Below, piece by piece: positions 26,901-35,424 of a DNA stretch of 64,000 nucleotides. The notes under the pieces are model-generated. The model saw only the letters and a program-made list of their open reading frames with translations, did not search any database and was not told where the DNA came from. Each line of letters opens with the position of its first letter. Position 1 is the stretch's first letter. The position numbers and the translations under genes were made by a program. Source of the DNA: a virus; the IMG/VR virus record IMGVR_UViG_3300021963_000047, positions 1 to 64,000 of that record; one strand, 5' to 3'.

Positions 26901-27303
26901 CATCTATTTTTTTTAATCTTGAACCAAGAGCAGTTATATTTTGATTTACTGCAGAATTTTGTTGTTTGAGAGCAGAATATTCTGAAGCAGTTTGATTATC
27001 ACGTGTTGTTACAGAATCAGAACTAGCTTTAGAATTTTTTTTTGTATCTTTATTTTTTTCTTCTTTAGGATTAAATATGGCTTTTCCAAGTGTACCGGTT
27101 CTGCTTGCAGCACCTCTTCTCATGTCTTGAGATACTTGTTTTCTAAAAGTCATGGGAGCTTCATCAGGATCAGTTAAACCCTGTCTCTCATCTCTTTTCC
27201 TCTGGTAGTATCTACCTACACTACCAAAATTTCCCATGCCTGTATAAGCTGAGTCTTTTAATGCTTCTTTTACTCTGCCAAACAGTCCTTCGTTTTCAGC
27301 CAT
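23947..27303 (-). CDS. Tape-measure/baseplate-hub-like protein with lysozyme-like (glucosaminidase-type) and M15 peptidase domains
   Basis: Follows gp26/51; AAIAMLESGW...NNPFG; GGYANR...SWHSKGMAIDINP...WGGNW...DTMHF; low-complexity linkers. Confidence 0.75.
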   Translation of the reverse strand: MAENEGLFGRVKEALKDSAYTGMGNFGSVGRYYQRKRDERQGLTDPDEAPMTFRKQVSQDMRRGAASRTGTLGKAIFNPKEEKNKDTKKNSKASSDSVTTRDNQTASEYSALKQQNSAVNQNITALGSRLKKIDDVLEDILLSQERVEVAVNRLLYKKEPPPVVQQTVNNNTYNTVNNNTNNAGGIVGGGGGGGAGKGKGKTPGRIPGLGGRAGALGLGALGLGSLLGSGGEDGGDGEDNTSSDSSKAPDKKFIKEAATGPQLNPTTYKYWQLNNPQALGNYYRLSDADKVKANELAMRDAGAAEKFMQESIADMPAVGAKPAQFIGETLNDGSSATNLAFAGLGVAADVAGMLGGSGTKNNIKPVDISSPTSETRSPWAKAESKTAGASTSKWSKFLAFLEKKAPNLMAKIGPRLVSMGAGMTIPGPGWIWTAINVIGNVSLAWEVYELWKEFNGQTLSETKRPNKVGQTSEALQRGNQPPLPPDNQNAASGGASSNNASQSAASTATATSQAASGQPSEPALRQGPKLENNSGNYVTNPGGAPNVQAAASGATAGLNQTQPMRFTGSNSEAFAKMEQAAKAAGSPDPKVTAAIAMLESGWLKSSMTQRANNPFGQTITQAQIGKDGIVGGTRGADGQLHAVYDSLESAVKHHVRRWGSRYSGDAETTLKNLVAGGYNTVNPTWASKVYSIYSGGGGSRQQGPAGQDSPQGRPNRQQGPTQFPDNQGRPGREQGPTGPESPQGTPGREQGPITPDDNQGRPNRQQGPTQFPENEGRRQQGGMVTLKTPGGRPYQVAAEYAKNFEGFVNELEGSGYKIKSIGGYANRSTASGGFSWHSKGMAIDINPSENPHTFPGSQNYGKTDMPANVGAMAAKHGLGWGGNWRSSKDTMHFSMGGNEGGSSNEARGGQMAKGGENEGRQGAGAATGGSYQPTPGGSVTGLGAGGAMGGMGMMGGNPLGGMLGMGMMGGRGMGMGMMGGRGMGLGGLGGMLGSMLGGRAGPMGSMLGGMLGSTLGNLGQSLISQPVNTGSNINTRSTNMDIARDNRRSGPVVVSPQDNRTYSTPSEKRFGIDGIPSASPGGGFAEVLAGGIAGALVESLGSNSVSVNRRARAGSMVS
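24960..25210 (-). repeat. About five 48-nt (16-aa) tandem repeats R(Q/E)QGP...QG(R/T)P
   Basis: RQQGPAGQDSPQGRPN / RQQGPTQFPDNQGRPG / REQGPTGPESPQGTPG / REQGPITPDDNQGRPN / RQQGPTQFPENEG. Confidence 0.8.
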
Positions 27304-27309
27304 TAATCG

Positions 27310-27489
27310 TTAACCTTTTTTATTTTCTTCTTCTAGTTTCTTTAAATAATTATTAAGAAGAATAATATATAAATCTCTTTCAAATGGTATAAGATTTTCT
27401 ATATCAGATATAGAATATTTATGATGCTGAGCTAAACTAAAAATAGTTTGATAGTAATTCTCAAGAGTGTTATGGCTCAGCGAAATGTA
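27310..27489 (-). CDS. gp51: gp51-like baseplate hub assembly protein, no start codon; probable -1 frameshift extension of gp26
   Basis: YISLSHNTLENYYQTIFSLAQHHKYSISDIENLIPFERDLYIILL... contains no ATG/GTG/TTG; frame opens at T TTT TTT (27489-27495). Confidence 0.8.
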   Translation of the reverse strand, partial: YISLSHNTLENYYQTIFSLAQHHKYSISDIENLIPFERDLYIILLNNYLKKLEEENKKG

Positions 27490-28187
27490 AAAAAATCAGT
27501 TAAACTTGATAGAATAATCTTTCTATCATTGCCTAAAGAATTTTTATATTCAATTGTATGTAACATATAAGGCATATTATTAAAGAATGATTTAATAAGA
27601 TCATAAGTTTTTAGGGGCAACTCTTCTAGAAACTGCATTATTTCATCATTACTCATTTCTTTAAAATCATGCATCTCATCTTTTATAAAGATCTTATCTA
27701 GACATGCCAGAATCATATGTTCTATCATATCATTATCTATTTTTTTCAAAAATTCTTTGTCATCATACAATCTAGCACTAGGATATTTTAAAGATATAGA
27801 AATTTCATCATTTATTTTAATATTATTATTAATTTTTTCCGGGAAAATAACTTCTAATTTATCTAGATCAACTGCAAAATTATATATCTTTTCATCTTCA
27901 CCATCAACGTAAGATACGTTTGTAATGTTACTGACAGAAAAGCTTCTAATCTTAATGAAAAGATATTCTAAATCAAATATAGTCATGTCATTAACATCTA
28001 TATTTGGTGTCACTATACAATTATTAACTACTTGTTTTAAAGCAGAAAATACATCTAATTCATCATTTGATTCTTTAGCCATAAGAAGAATCTTTTCTTC
28101 TTTAACTAAAAGAGGTCTAACTCTTACTTTCTTTTTTGTTGATGGTATAGTCACATCAGTTGTAGGGTGTGTAATTTTAGGTAACAT
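27477..28187 (-). CDS. gp26: Baseplate hub assembly protein gp26
   Basis: MLPKI, RPLLVKEEKILLMA, FDLEYLFIKIRS, C-terminal LTDFF. Confidence 0.9.
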   Translation of the reverse strand: MLPKITHPTTDVTIPSTKKKVRVRPLLVKEEKILLMAKESNDELDVFSALKQVVNNCIVTPNIDVNDMTIFDLEYLFIKIRSFSVSNITNVSYVDGEDEKIYNFAVDLDKLEVIFPEKINNNIKINDEISISLKYPSARLYDDKEFLKKIDNDMIEHMILACLDKIFIKDEMHDFKEMSNDEIMQFLEELPLKTYDLIKSFFNNMPYMLHTIEYKNSLGNDRKIILSSLTDFFTFR

Positions 28188-28212
28188 TATATTTCTCCAC
28201 TTATATTATAAT

Positions 28213-29220
28213 TTATCTAGAACCAAATTTCTTTCTTAAGTCTGCATCAGTATAGTTTGGTGTTTTAACACCATCACTGCCCCAATAATCCGGATCATCA
28301 GCTCTTGAATATTGACCAGAAAGCCAGAACTCCATTTCCCAGAATGACATCTTTATAATAAGAGATTCTGGTTCACCATCTTTATGAAAAGATGGTACAC
28401 CTGAACCGGCATAGTTTACACTGCATGATTCCATCACTGCAGGCTTGAATCTATACAAGAATTGTGGGTGTGAAAATTCGATATTAAAAATTGCTGGAAA
28501 TGTAAAAAACATACCATCAAATAATATTCCCGGTGCCATCCAATTATTAATATCTGCTACCATGTTTTTTATACCAAAAGATTCTCTTAAATTCTTTGGT
28601 GATATTTTCCATGTCATTTCATGCTTTTTATATGTAGGTCCTTTTAATAAAAGAACTTGAAACTGATTCATTGTTAAACCAGTTGCAGCCGATAAACCCG
28701 CAGACATTTGTCCACCAACGTCTAGACCTGTTAATTCTTTTAGAGCTCCAGCTGCAGCACCACCTGCAGCACCTAAAGCCCCAGCTATAATATTTCCAGC
28801 AATATTTCCACCGCCGGCTGTAGCATCATAACCACTAGTATCTCTTCCAGTGATTGCATTCCATGCTCCAGACATATTAGCAATTGCTGCTCCAGCCTGT
28901 TGAAGTTCTGTTGGTGTATACTGCACAAACTGTGTATCATTTAATTGTTGTGGCAATGGTAATATAATTTGAGCAATAGAATTGCCCTTTGCTATTTGCA
29001 TAGCATTTAATCTAGCATATTTTTGAACGCCAATACAAATATAAAACTTAGGATTATCAGATATGAACTGATACTTCTGTATGGAAGCAGATTCTGTGGC
29101 ATTTTTTGCTATGATTTCTTGCGGAGTTTGACCCTGCTTGCCTCTAACGACTTGTCCAGCTAAAGTAGTAACTGTTTTTTCATTTGAATTAGACTGATTA
29201 GTCTGTAAATTCGATGCCAT
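28213..29220 (-). CDS. gp48: Baseplate tail-tube cap gp48-like
   Basis: IILPLP, F-P-F..., SVNY, MSFWEME pattern; synteny. Confidence 0.7.
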   Translation of the reverse strand: MASNLQTNQSNSNEKTVTTLAGQVVRGKQGQTPQEIIAKNATESASIQKYQFISDNPKFYICIGVQKYARLNAMQIAKGNSIAQIILPLPQQLNDTQFVQYTPTELQQAGAAIANMSGAWNAITGRDTSGYDATAGGGNIAGNIIAGALGAAGGAAAGALKELTGLDVGGQMSAGLSAATGLTMNQFQVLLLKGPTYKKHEMTWKISPKNLRESFGIKNMVADINNWMAPGILFDGMFFTFPAIFNIEFSHPQFLYRFKPAVMESCSVNYAGSGVPSFHKDGEPESLIIKMSFWEMEFWLSGQYSRADDPDYWGSDGVKTPNYTDADLRKKFGSR

Positions 29221-29229
29221 CTTTTTTCC

Positions 29230-29237
29230 TATAAATA
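29230..29237 (+). promoter_or_regulatory. T4-type late promoter; divergent partner on the minus strand at 29308-29315
   Basis: Exact TATAAATA before gp4; TATTTATA at 29308-29315 faces gp48. Confidence 0.65.
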
Positions 29238-29242
29238 TTTTT

Positions 29243-29683
29243 ATGTTACATCAAGGCTACTTTAAACCAAAAAATCCTCAAAAATATAAAGGCGACCCGA
29301 CTAATATTATTTATAGGTCAGGGTGGGAACTTAAATTCATGCTTTACGTAGATTCTCATCCTGAGATAATTGAATGGGGCAGCGAAGAAATAGCTATACC
29401 ATACAAGTCACCCATAGATGGTAGGATACATAGGTATTTTCCAGATTTTTATATCAAGAAAAAATCTAAAGAAGGAAAATCAGAGACATTAATAGTGGAA
29501 ATAAAACCACTTAAACAAACTATTGAACCAACAAAACAAGCAAAGAAGACAAAAAGATATATTAATGAAGTCATGACATGGGGAATAAATAGCTCTAAGT
29601 GGAAAGCTGCGCAGAATTACTGTTTAGAAAGAAGCTGGAAATTCTTAATACTAACAGAAAAAGAGTTGAATATAAAATACTAA
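29243..29683 (+). CDS. gp4: Head completion nuclease gp4 (TnsA-like)
   Basis: PKNPQKYKGD, YRSGWE, WGSEE, HRYFPDF, VEIKP. Confidence 0.92.
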   Translation: MLHQGYFKPKNPQKYKGDPTNIIYRSGWELKFMLYVDSHPEIIEWGSEEIAIPYKSPIDGRIHRYFPDFYIKKKSKEGKSETLIVEIKPLKQTIEPTKQAKKTKRYINEVMTWGINSSKWKAAQNYCLERSWKFLILTEKELNIKY

Positions 29684-30264
29684 TGGCTTACATCTTTCAA
29701 AAATTAGCAAAAAAAGGAAATCAACTAGGATTGGTTTCTAACAAAGATATATTAGATGCAAGAGAGTGGTTCAGAGATGAAGCCGCTAATATTAAAACTG
29801 TGAATGCAACACAAATGATGAGAACAAATATATCTGGTTCTCCTAGTATAGGTAGTATGTATATGTTTTTCTATGATCCGAAACATAAACAAACACTACC
29901 ATATTATGATAAATTTCCATTAGTATTTCCTATCAATTTTTATACTGATGGATTTCTAGGAATAAACTTACATTATATACCACCAGCTACAAGAGCTGTA
30001 CTGATGGATCGTCTTTATAGTACCATAAATAATGATGATATTGGCGAAAATACAAAAGTACAATTAAATTATGAGATGTTATCAGGAGCCAGTAGATTTA
30101 AGTCTTTCAAACCTTGTGTAAAAAAATACCTTTATAGTCATGTTGTGTCTGGTTTTAAATATGTTAGTCCTTTAGATTGGGATAAAGCGATTATGTTACC
30201 TACAGAAAGATTCGCAAAATCTACTAAAGAAAAAGCATGGTCAGATTCAATGAGTAAACTATAA
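29683..30264 (+). CDS. gp2: DNA end protector gp2
   Basis: YDPKHKQTLPYYDKFPL, GINLHY, KKYL, LPTERF; start moved to ATG 29683. Confidence 0.9.
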   Translation: MAYIFQKLAKKGNQLGLVSNKDILDAREWFRDEAANIKTVNATQMMRTNISGSPSIGSMYMFFYDPKHKQTLPYYDKFPLVFPINFYTDGFLGINLHYIPPATRAVLMDRLYSTINNDDIGENTKVQLNYEMLSGASRFKSFKPCVKKYLYSHVVSGFKYVSPLDWDKAIMLPTERFAKSTKEKAWSDSMSKL

Positions 30265-31022
30265 TGGCAGGTTTTAACATAGACGAATTTAATTCTAGAA
30301 TATCTGATGCAGGTGGTTTAACTAGAAACAATAAGTTTAGACTTGTTGTAACACCACCAGCAATATTTTCTGCTATACCTATAGATAAAAGATCTGAGTC
30401 ATTAAATACCATATTAAATGGTTCTAGATATCTAGAATACTTTTGTTATGCAACTAGTATACCTGGTGTTGCACTCAATACGCATGAAGTAAGAAGATAT
30501 GGTTATGGTCCAATTGAAAAAAAACCTTATAACGTTGGATTTAGAGATATAACGTTAAGTTTATATTTTGATAATCAAAGAAGAAATTATGATTTCTTAC
30601 AATTATGGGTATCAACAATATTTAATCATGACCCAAGATCTGGCATAGATAACATTTTTATTGTCGATTATAAAGAAAATTATGCATCAACAATAGAATT
30701 ATATGTATATGATGATTCGGGTGTGCTAATAGCAAAGTATGTTATGACAGAAGCATATCCAATAAACATTGGAGATATGCCATTAAACTGGGCAGATACA
30801 AATAACATATTAAAGATTCCAGTAACTTTTACATTTTATAATTTCTATAATGAGTTTCAGTGGAATCCGGATGGCCTTTATGATGCTTTAACTGGAGTTA
30901 CAAGAACAGCTCCAAAAATAAATCAAATAGATGGGAATAACAATATAGATGGTAGTGCTGACTCTGTTAATAGAGGTAATATGCCACAAGTTAATCCTAT
31001 GAATGATGTTACAGGGTTTTAA
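30264..31022 (+). CDS. gp54: Tail-tube initiator gp54-like (gp19 fold)
   Basis: GGLTRNNKF, IPG, EAYPINIG...LNW...VTFTF. Confidence 0.72.
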   Translation: MAGFNIDEFNSRISDAGGLTRNNKFRLVVTPPAIFSAIPIDKRSESLNTILNGSRYLEYFCYATSIPGVALNTHEVRRYGYGPIEKKPYNVGFRDITLSLYFDNQRRNYDFLQLWVSTIFNHDPRSGIDNIFIVDYKENYASTIELYVYDDSGVLIAKYVMTEAYPINIGDMPLNWADTNNILKIPVTFTFYNFYNEFQWNPDGLYDALTGVTRTAPKINQIDGNNNIDGSADSVNRGNMPQVNPMNDVTGF

Positions 31023-31025
31023 TAG

Positions 31026-31901
31026 ATGGAAAATTTCTTTAACAAATTTCCAAATACAGTTTATAATGATAAAACTTGTGTAGATATATCAAGAAGAGTG
31101 ACTCTTGGTCAGAATGAGACCAGAAAAACAAATTTGTTTTATACGTATGATATACAAAACGATCTAAGAGCTGATCAAGTAGCCGAATATTATTACAATG
31201 ATCCAACTTATGACTGGTTAATATTATTACAGAACGGTATTATTGATCCATATTATGGATGGTATCTTTCTGATGATGATTTTAACACTCTTTTAAGTGA
31301 AAAATATGGTAGTCTTGAAACTTCTATCAAAAAAATTAAACACTATCAACTAAATTGGTTAGATGGTGAAGACGAAATATCTGTTTCTTTTTATGAAAAT
31401 AATTTACCATATGAACACAGAAAATATTTTATGCCTGATTATGGTTCTGGCACATCTATTATATCTTATTCTAAGAGAAAAGAAGATTGGATTATTAATA
31501 CCAATAAGATAGTAAAATTAAATATTAGTACGTATACTAATGGAAATACTTTTATTGTTGGTGAACTTGTAGACATAAAAAGTAACCTTAATTATCAAAG
31601 CGCAAATGGGACGGGTGAAATTGTTTATTCAAATAGCACAGTAGTTTTTATAAAAAATGTAGATGGTTATACTACAAATAATTATTATGTTGTTGGTGAA
31701 TCTTCAAATACTTCTGCACAATTTACACATGCTAATACTGTAATAGAAAATATATCAAATTCAGAATTAATATTCTGGACTCCAATTACATGTTATGAAT
31801 ATGAAAGACAAAAAAATGAAAAGAATAAGTCTATAAGATTGATTGATTCTAGCTATTCATTACAAATAGCAGAAGAGTTAAGATTAAAGTTATTGGATTG
31901 A
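31026..31901 (+). CDS. gp53: Baseplate wedge gp53
   Basis: FFNKFP, RADQVAEYYY, WLILLQN-IIDPY, YEYE...NEKNKSIRLI. Confidence 0.85.
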   Translation: MENFFNKFPNTVYNDKTCVDISRRVTLGQNETRKTNLFYTYDIQNDLRADQVAEYYYNDPTYDWLILLQNGIIDPYYGWYLSDDDFNTLLSEKYGSLETSIKKIKHYQLNWLDGEDEISVSFYENNLPYEHRKYFMPDYGSGTSIISYSKRKEDWIINTNKIVKLNISTYTNGNTFIVGELVDIKSNLNYQSANGTGEIVYSNSTVVFIKNVDGYTTNNYYVVGESSNTSAQFTHANTVIENISNSELIFWTPITCYEYERQKNEKNKSIRLIDSSYSLQIAEELRLKLLD

Positions 31902-31904
31902 TAT

Positions 31905-33152
31905 ATGGTTGCTTCATTACCAACACCAGGCGAAGCTAGAATAAGAAGCGTATCTTTAAATGGCTTAGATCTAAGCCCATATGTGTATGAGTTGTCTATA
32001 AGTGAAAGTATATTTAAACCATTTAGATCAGCAGAACTTATAATTATAGACAATAATAATATAGCTAAACAACTTAAATTAAAAGGAAATGAAGATATAA
32101 GAATAGCCTTTGATGCTGGATCAGGAAAAGTGTACGAAGCTAAAATGAAAGTTGTATCTCCAGAAGGAGCTAACTATTCTCAGAACATGAGATTTCAAGG
32201 ATTTAAATTAAATGCTGTAAGCGAAAGCTTTTTTAGAAACAAAACTAGTACAGTACAAAAATCATTTAAAAATATAACTGGCACCGATGCTATTAAAAAA
32301 ATTCATGAAGAATATAAACTTGGTGGATCTCTTAATGCTACGGCAAGTAAAGGATTTATTGGTGAGAATGAACCATATATCGTATCAAATTTAAATCCGT
32401 TTGATGCTATACAAGGTATTAGAACTAGAATTAACTCTGAAAAATACAAGACAGGTGCTTATGCATACTTCGAAGATGCTGATGGAAACTTTACATTAAA
32501 ACCATTAGAAGAATTATTTGATACATTACAAGCACAGGCCCGCTTAACACATAAACCAACTATGGGTGAAAATTTTAAAGATATGTATGCACAAGGATAC
32601 AATATTATTGGATTTCAAGAAGGCGCTTCGTTTAATTCTGGAACAAGATTTGATATCACTGATGTTTTAAATGCAAGAAAATCTGCAAAAGTTAGTACGT
32701 TTGATACTGTTCAAGCAAAATATCAAGAAGGTAAAGTAAAAGATCCGCAAGAAGCTAAGAAAGCTGGTTACTATAATGTTAATGATAACTATGGTACACA
32801 AGATCCAAGATCAACTACATTAATACCGCATGATAAAAGATTAGAAAAAAATAACGTACAAGCTGAAAAAAGTGCGGACGAACAGAGATTTATACAAGAA
32901 GTAAAAAACGGACCGGCTGCTACTATACAAGTTATGTTGGATTCCGGTATTAATTGCACAGTAGGAAAAGGTGTCAATGCTAAACTTGCAGAACCAATTG
33001 GTGATATGTCAACGATGAGTTCTGGCAATCCTTTGGGTGGTGATATGTTAGTTGTTAATTTAAAACATATTATTAAAATGACCGGTGATAAACCGAGAGC
33101 AACTACAACTATGGAACTCGCCAAGGGCGGCATGAATAAAGGAACTACATAA
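31905..33152 (+). CDS. Baseplate hub protein (gp27-like)
   Basis: ISESIF, AYFE, LKHII motifs; lies between gp53 and gp5. Confidence 0.6.
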   Translation: MVASLPTPGEARIRSVSLNGLDLSPYVYELSISESIFKPFRSAELIIIDNNNIAKQLKLKGNEDIRIAFDAGSGKVYEAKMKVVSPEGANYSQNMRFQGFKLNAVSESFFRNKTSTVQKSFKNITGTDAIKKIHEEYKLGGSLNATASKGFIGENEPYIVSNLNPFDAIQGIRTRINSEKYKTGAYAYFEDADGNFTLKPLEELFDTLQAQARLTHKPTMGENFKDMYAQGYNIIGFQEGASFNSGTRFDITDVLNARKSAKVSTFDTVQAKYQEGKVKDPQEAKKAGYYNVNDNYGTQDPRSTTLIPHDKRLEKNNVQAEKSADEQRFIQEVKNGPAATIQVMLDSGINCTVGKGVNAKLAEPIGDMSTMSSGNPLGGDMLVVNLKHIIKMTGDKPRATTTMELAKGGMNKGTT

Positions 33153-34135
33153 TGAATTTTTTCTGGGCAGAAATTGTTGATGTTGAAAAAGATGATGAAA
33201 AATCTGGTAGAGCAAAGATTAGAATTTTTGAAGATCAAACAAGACTTAAAGATGATGAATTAAGATATGCTAGACCTGTTTTTCCTGTTACTTCTACTTC
33301 TGTAAAGGGTGCTGGATCAACACCGGGTTATCAAAAAGGTAGTAGAGTACTCGGATTCTTTCTAGATAATGATAATCAAATACCTTATATACTTGGTACT
33401 ATACCTAGCGCTGGTAAACCAGGAAGTCTAAGTCAAGAAGGCAGAGATATACCTCTTGGTATTTCTAAAGACCCTGGCAAATTTAATATTAAAACTGAAG
33501 ATATAAGATATGTTACATCCGGAAATTTAGATGATAGAAAACTTGATAATAAAAGTATAATACAATATGCAAAAGTAGAAGCAAATGGCCCATCAAAATT
33601 TGCTGATGTAAAAACTATAGCAACACAAGTTCCTTTTGGTAAAAATGCTACTGATGTAATTAAAAAAGTTGATCCTAAAAATAGTGCCGGTGTTTTAGGT
33701 CCAAGCGTTTTAAGCATGTTAAAAGCATTTCAAAGTTCTCCTGCAGCAAAATTAATTACAATGCTTGTTGCTTCTAATTTTTCTGCAGTATCTAGTCAAA
33801 TAAAATCAAATAATACACAAAGTACAAATGATAATCTTATTAATCAATTAATGGCTTTATTAGATTTAATTAATAATGTCTTAATAGTAATAGGAAAAGT
33901 AACACCACAAGATGCTCCAACATTTAGAAAAAATGTAAGCAATATAAAAGAAGCTACTGATGGTTTATCAACTTCATTATTCTATCAAGATCAATGTAAT
34001 ATTATAGTTAAATTAGGAAACACTCTTTATGATACTCCTAATGATAAGTTATTAGAATTAATTGCAATTATAATTACTGAATGTCAAAGATTAAAAAATA
34101 CAGTTAATCAAGAAATTGAAAGATTAAAGAGATAA
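33152..34135 (+). CDS. gp5 N-terminal OB-fold protein with helical extension
   Basis: FFWAEIVDV...GRAKIRIF, VLGFFLD...QIPYILGTIP. Confidence 0.75.
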   Translation: MNFFWAEIVDVEKDDEKSGRAKIRIFEDQTRLKDDELRYARPVFPVTSTSVKGAGSTPGYQKGSRVLGFFLDNDNQIPYILGTIPSAGKPGSLSQEGRDIPLGISKDPGKFNIKTEDIRYVTSGNLDDRKLDNKSIIQYAKVEANGPSKFADVKTIATQVPFGKNATDVIKKVDPKNSAGVLGPSVLSMLKAFQSSPAAKLITMLVASNFSAVSSQIKSNNTQSTNDNLINQLMALLDLINNVLIVIGKVTPQDAPTFRKNVSNIKEATDGLSTSLFYQDQCNIIVKLGNTLYDTPNDKLLELIAIIITECQRLKNTVNQEIERLKR

Positions 34136-34138
34136 AAT

Positions 34139-34669
34139 ATGGCTATAAAAAGAGATGAAGAGAGAGTACCTAATACTACATTTAATGCGCAGTACTCAAA
34201 AGTTAGAATAGAAGAAACACCTGGAGGTCATAAAGTAACGTACGATGATACTCCAGGTTCCAGAAGATATAGATTAGAACATCCATCTGGCACTTATACA
34301 GAAATTTCTGAAGATGGTAAAGTTGTACAAGTTAACGTAGCTAATAGGCATGTTTATGATAAAGGTGGTTTAACTCTTTCTATTCAAGAAAACGGTGATA
34401 TAAAAATAGGCGGAAGCGCAAGGCTTTCTATTGGAGACGGTGCTCATATAGAAATAGGTGGAGATGCTGCCATAGCTGTAGGTGGAGATGCTATTATACA
34501 TTCACACGGCAATTTAAAAATGGGAGCAGCAGATGTCTATATTGGATCTAGAGGAAACATGGATTTAAATTGTTCAGGCAATTTTAATTTATTAGTTGGC
34601 GGCACTACAAATATAGCATCAGATGGTAATATGACACAATCTGCACCACGTATAGATCTTAATAAATAA
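34139..34669 (+). CDS. gp5 C-terminal beta-helix spike
   Basis: ETPGGH...DDTPG...HPSGTYTEI, repeated (V/I)xG units, RIDLN terminus. Confidence 0.82.
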   Translation: MAIKRDEERVPNTTFNAQYSKVRIEETPGGHKVTYDDTPGSRRYRLEHPSGTYTEISEDGKVVQVNVANRHVYDKGGLTLSIQENGDIKIGGSARLSIGDGAHIEIGGDAAIAVGGDAIIHSHGNLKMGAADVYIGSRGNMDLNCSGNFNLLVGGTTNIASDGNMTQSAPRIDLNK

Positions 34670-34679
34670 GAGATAAACA

Positions 34680-35000
34680 ATGCCCGCAGTAGCCAGAAAA
34701 GATAGTGAAGACACAGTAGCATCTCCTGATGGTTCAGGAATTTGCTGTTCAAGTGCATCTATACAGTCTACTGATATAGGCTCAAGCGATGTTTTTGTTA
34801 ATGGCATAGGAGTTGTAAGAGAAGGAGATGCTATGATAACTCATGATTATCCAGGACCTTGTTGTAATCCACATGCTCCAGTTCTTTCATCTTTTTCATC
34901 TACTGTATTTGTTAATGGTAAAGGTTTGGGAAGAAAAGATGATGCGTATGGTGGTGATCATATAATATCATCTGGTTCAAGTAATGTATTCGCAGGATAA
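34680..35000 (+). CDS. PAAR spike-tip protein (gp5.4-like)
   Basis: MPAVAR, GSSDVFVNG, H...C...H metal ligands, SGSSNVFAG. Confidence 0.88.
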   Translation: MPAVARKDSEDTVASPDGSGICCSSASIQSTDIGSSDVFVNGIGVVREGDAMITHDYPGPCCNPHAPVLSSFSSTVFVNGKGLGRKDDAYGGDHIISSGSSNVFAG

Positions 35001-35004
35001 CTAA

Positions 35005-35424
35005 ATGGCACGTTCGGACAAATATACCAGTTTAACAAATAAACCAATATATTATAGTGATTTTACTACTAATCTGGATCTTAATATGAGCACTGGATTT
35101 CTAGCAAAAACAACAAATGAAAATTCTGTAAAGAATTCTATAAGAAACATAATCTTTACAAGAAACGGTGAAAGATTTTATCAACCCTCTATAGGTTCAA
35201 AAGTAAGTGCATTATTGTTTGAATTGATAGATGATCCGACATCTATTGCTCTTAAAAATACCATAGCAGAAGCCATAGAAAATAATGAACCCAGGGCAAA
35301 TATACAAACTATAGATCTATATCCTGATCCGGATAGAAATGGTTATTATATTAAAATAGTTTTTAACATTATAAATATCCCTGAAGATATAGTTTTAAAT
35401 TTTTTCTTAGATAGAGTAAGATAA
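35005..35424 (+). CDS. gp25: Baseplate wedge gp25
   Basis: YSDF, SVKNSIRNI..T..GER, LLFE, EPR. Confidence 0.92.
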   Translation: MARSDKYTSLTNKPIYYSDFTTNLDLNMSTGFLAKTTNENSVKNSIRNIIFTRNGERFYQPSIGSKVSALLFELIDDPTSIALKNTIAEAIENNEPRANIQTIDLYPDPDRNGYYIKIVFNIINIPEDIVLNFFLDRVR

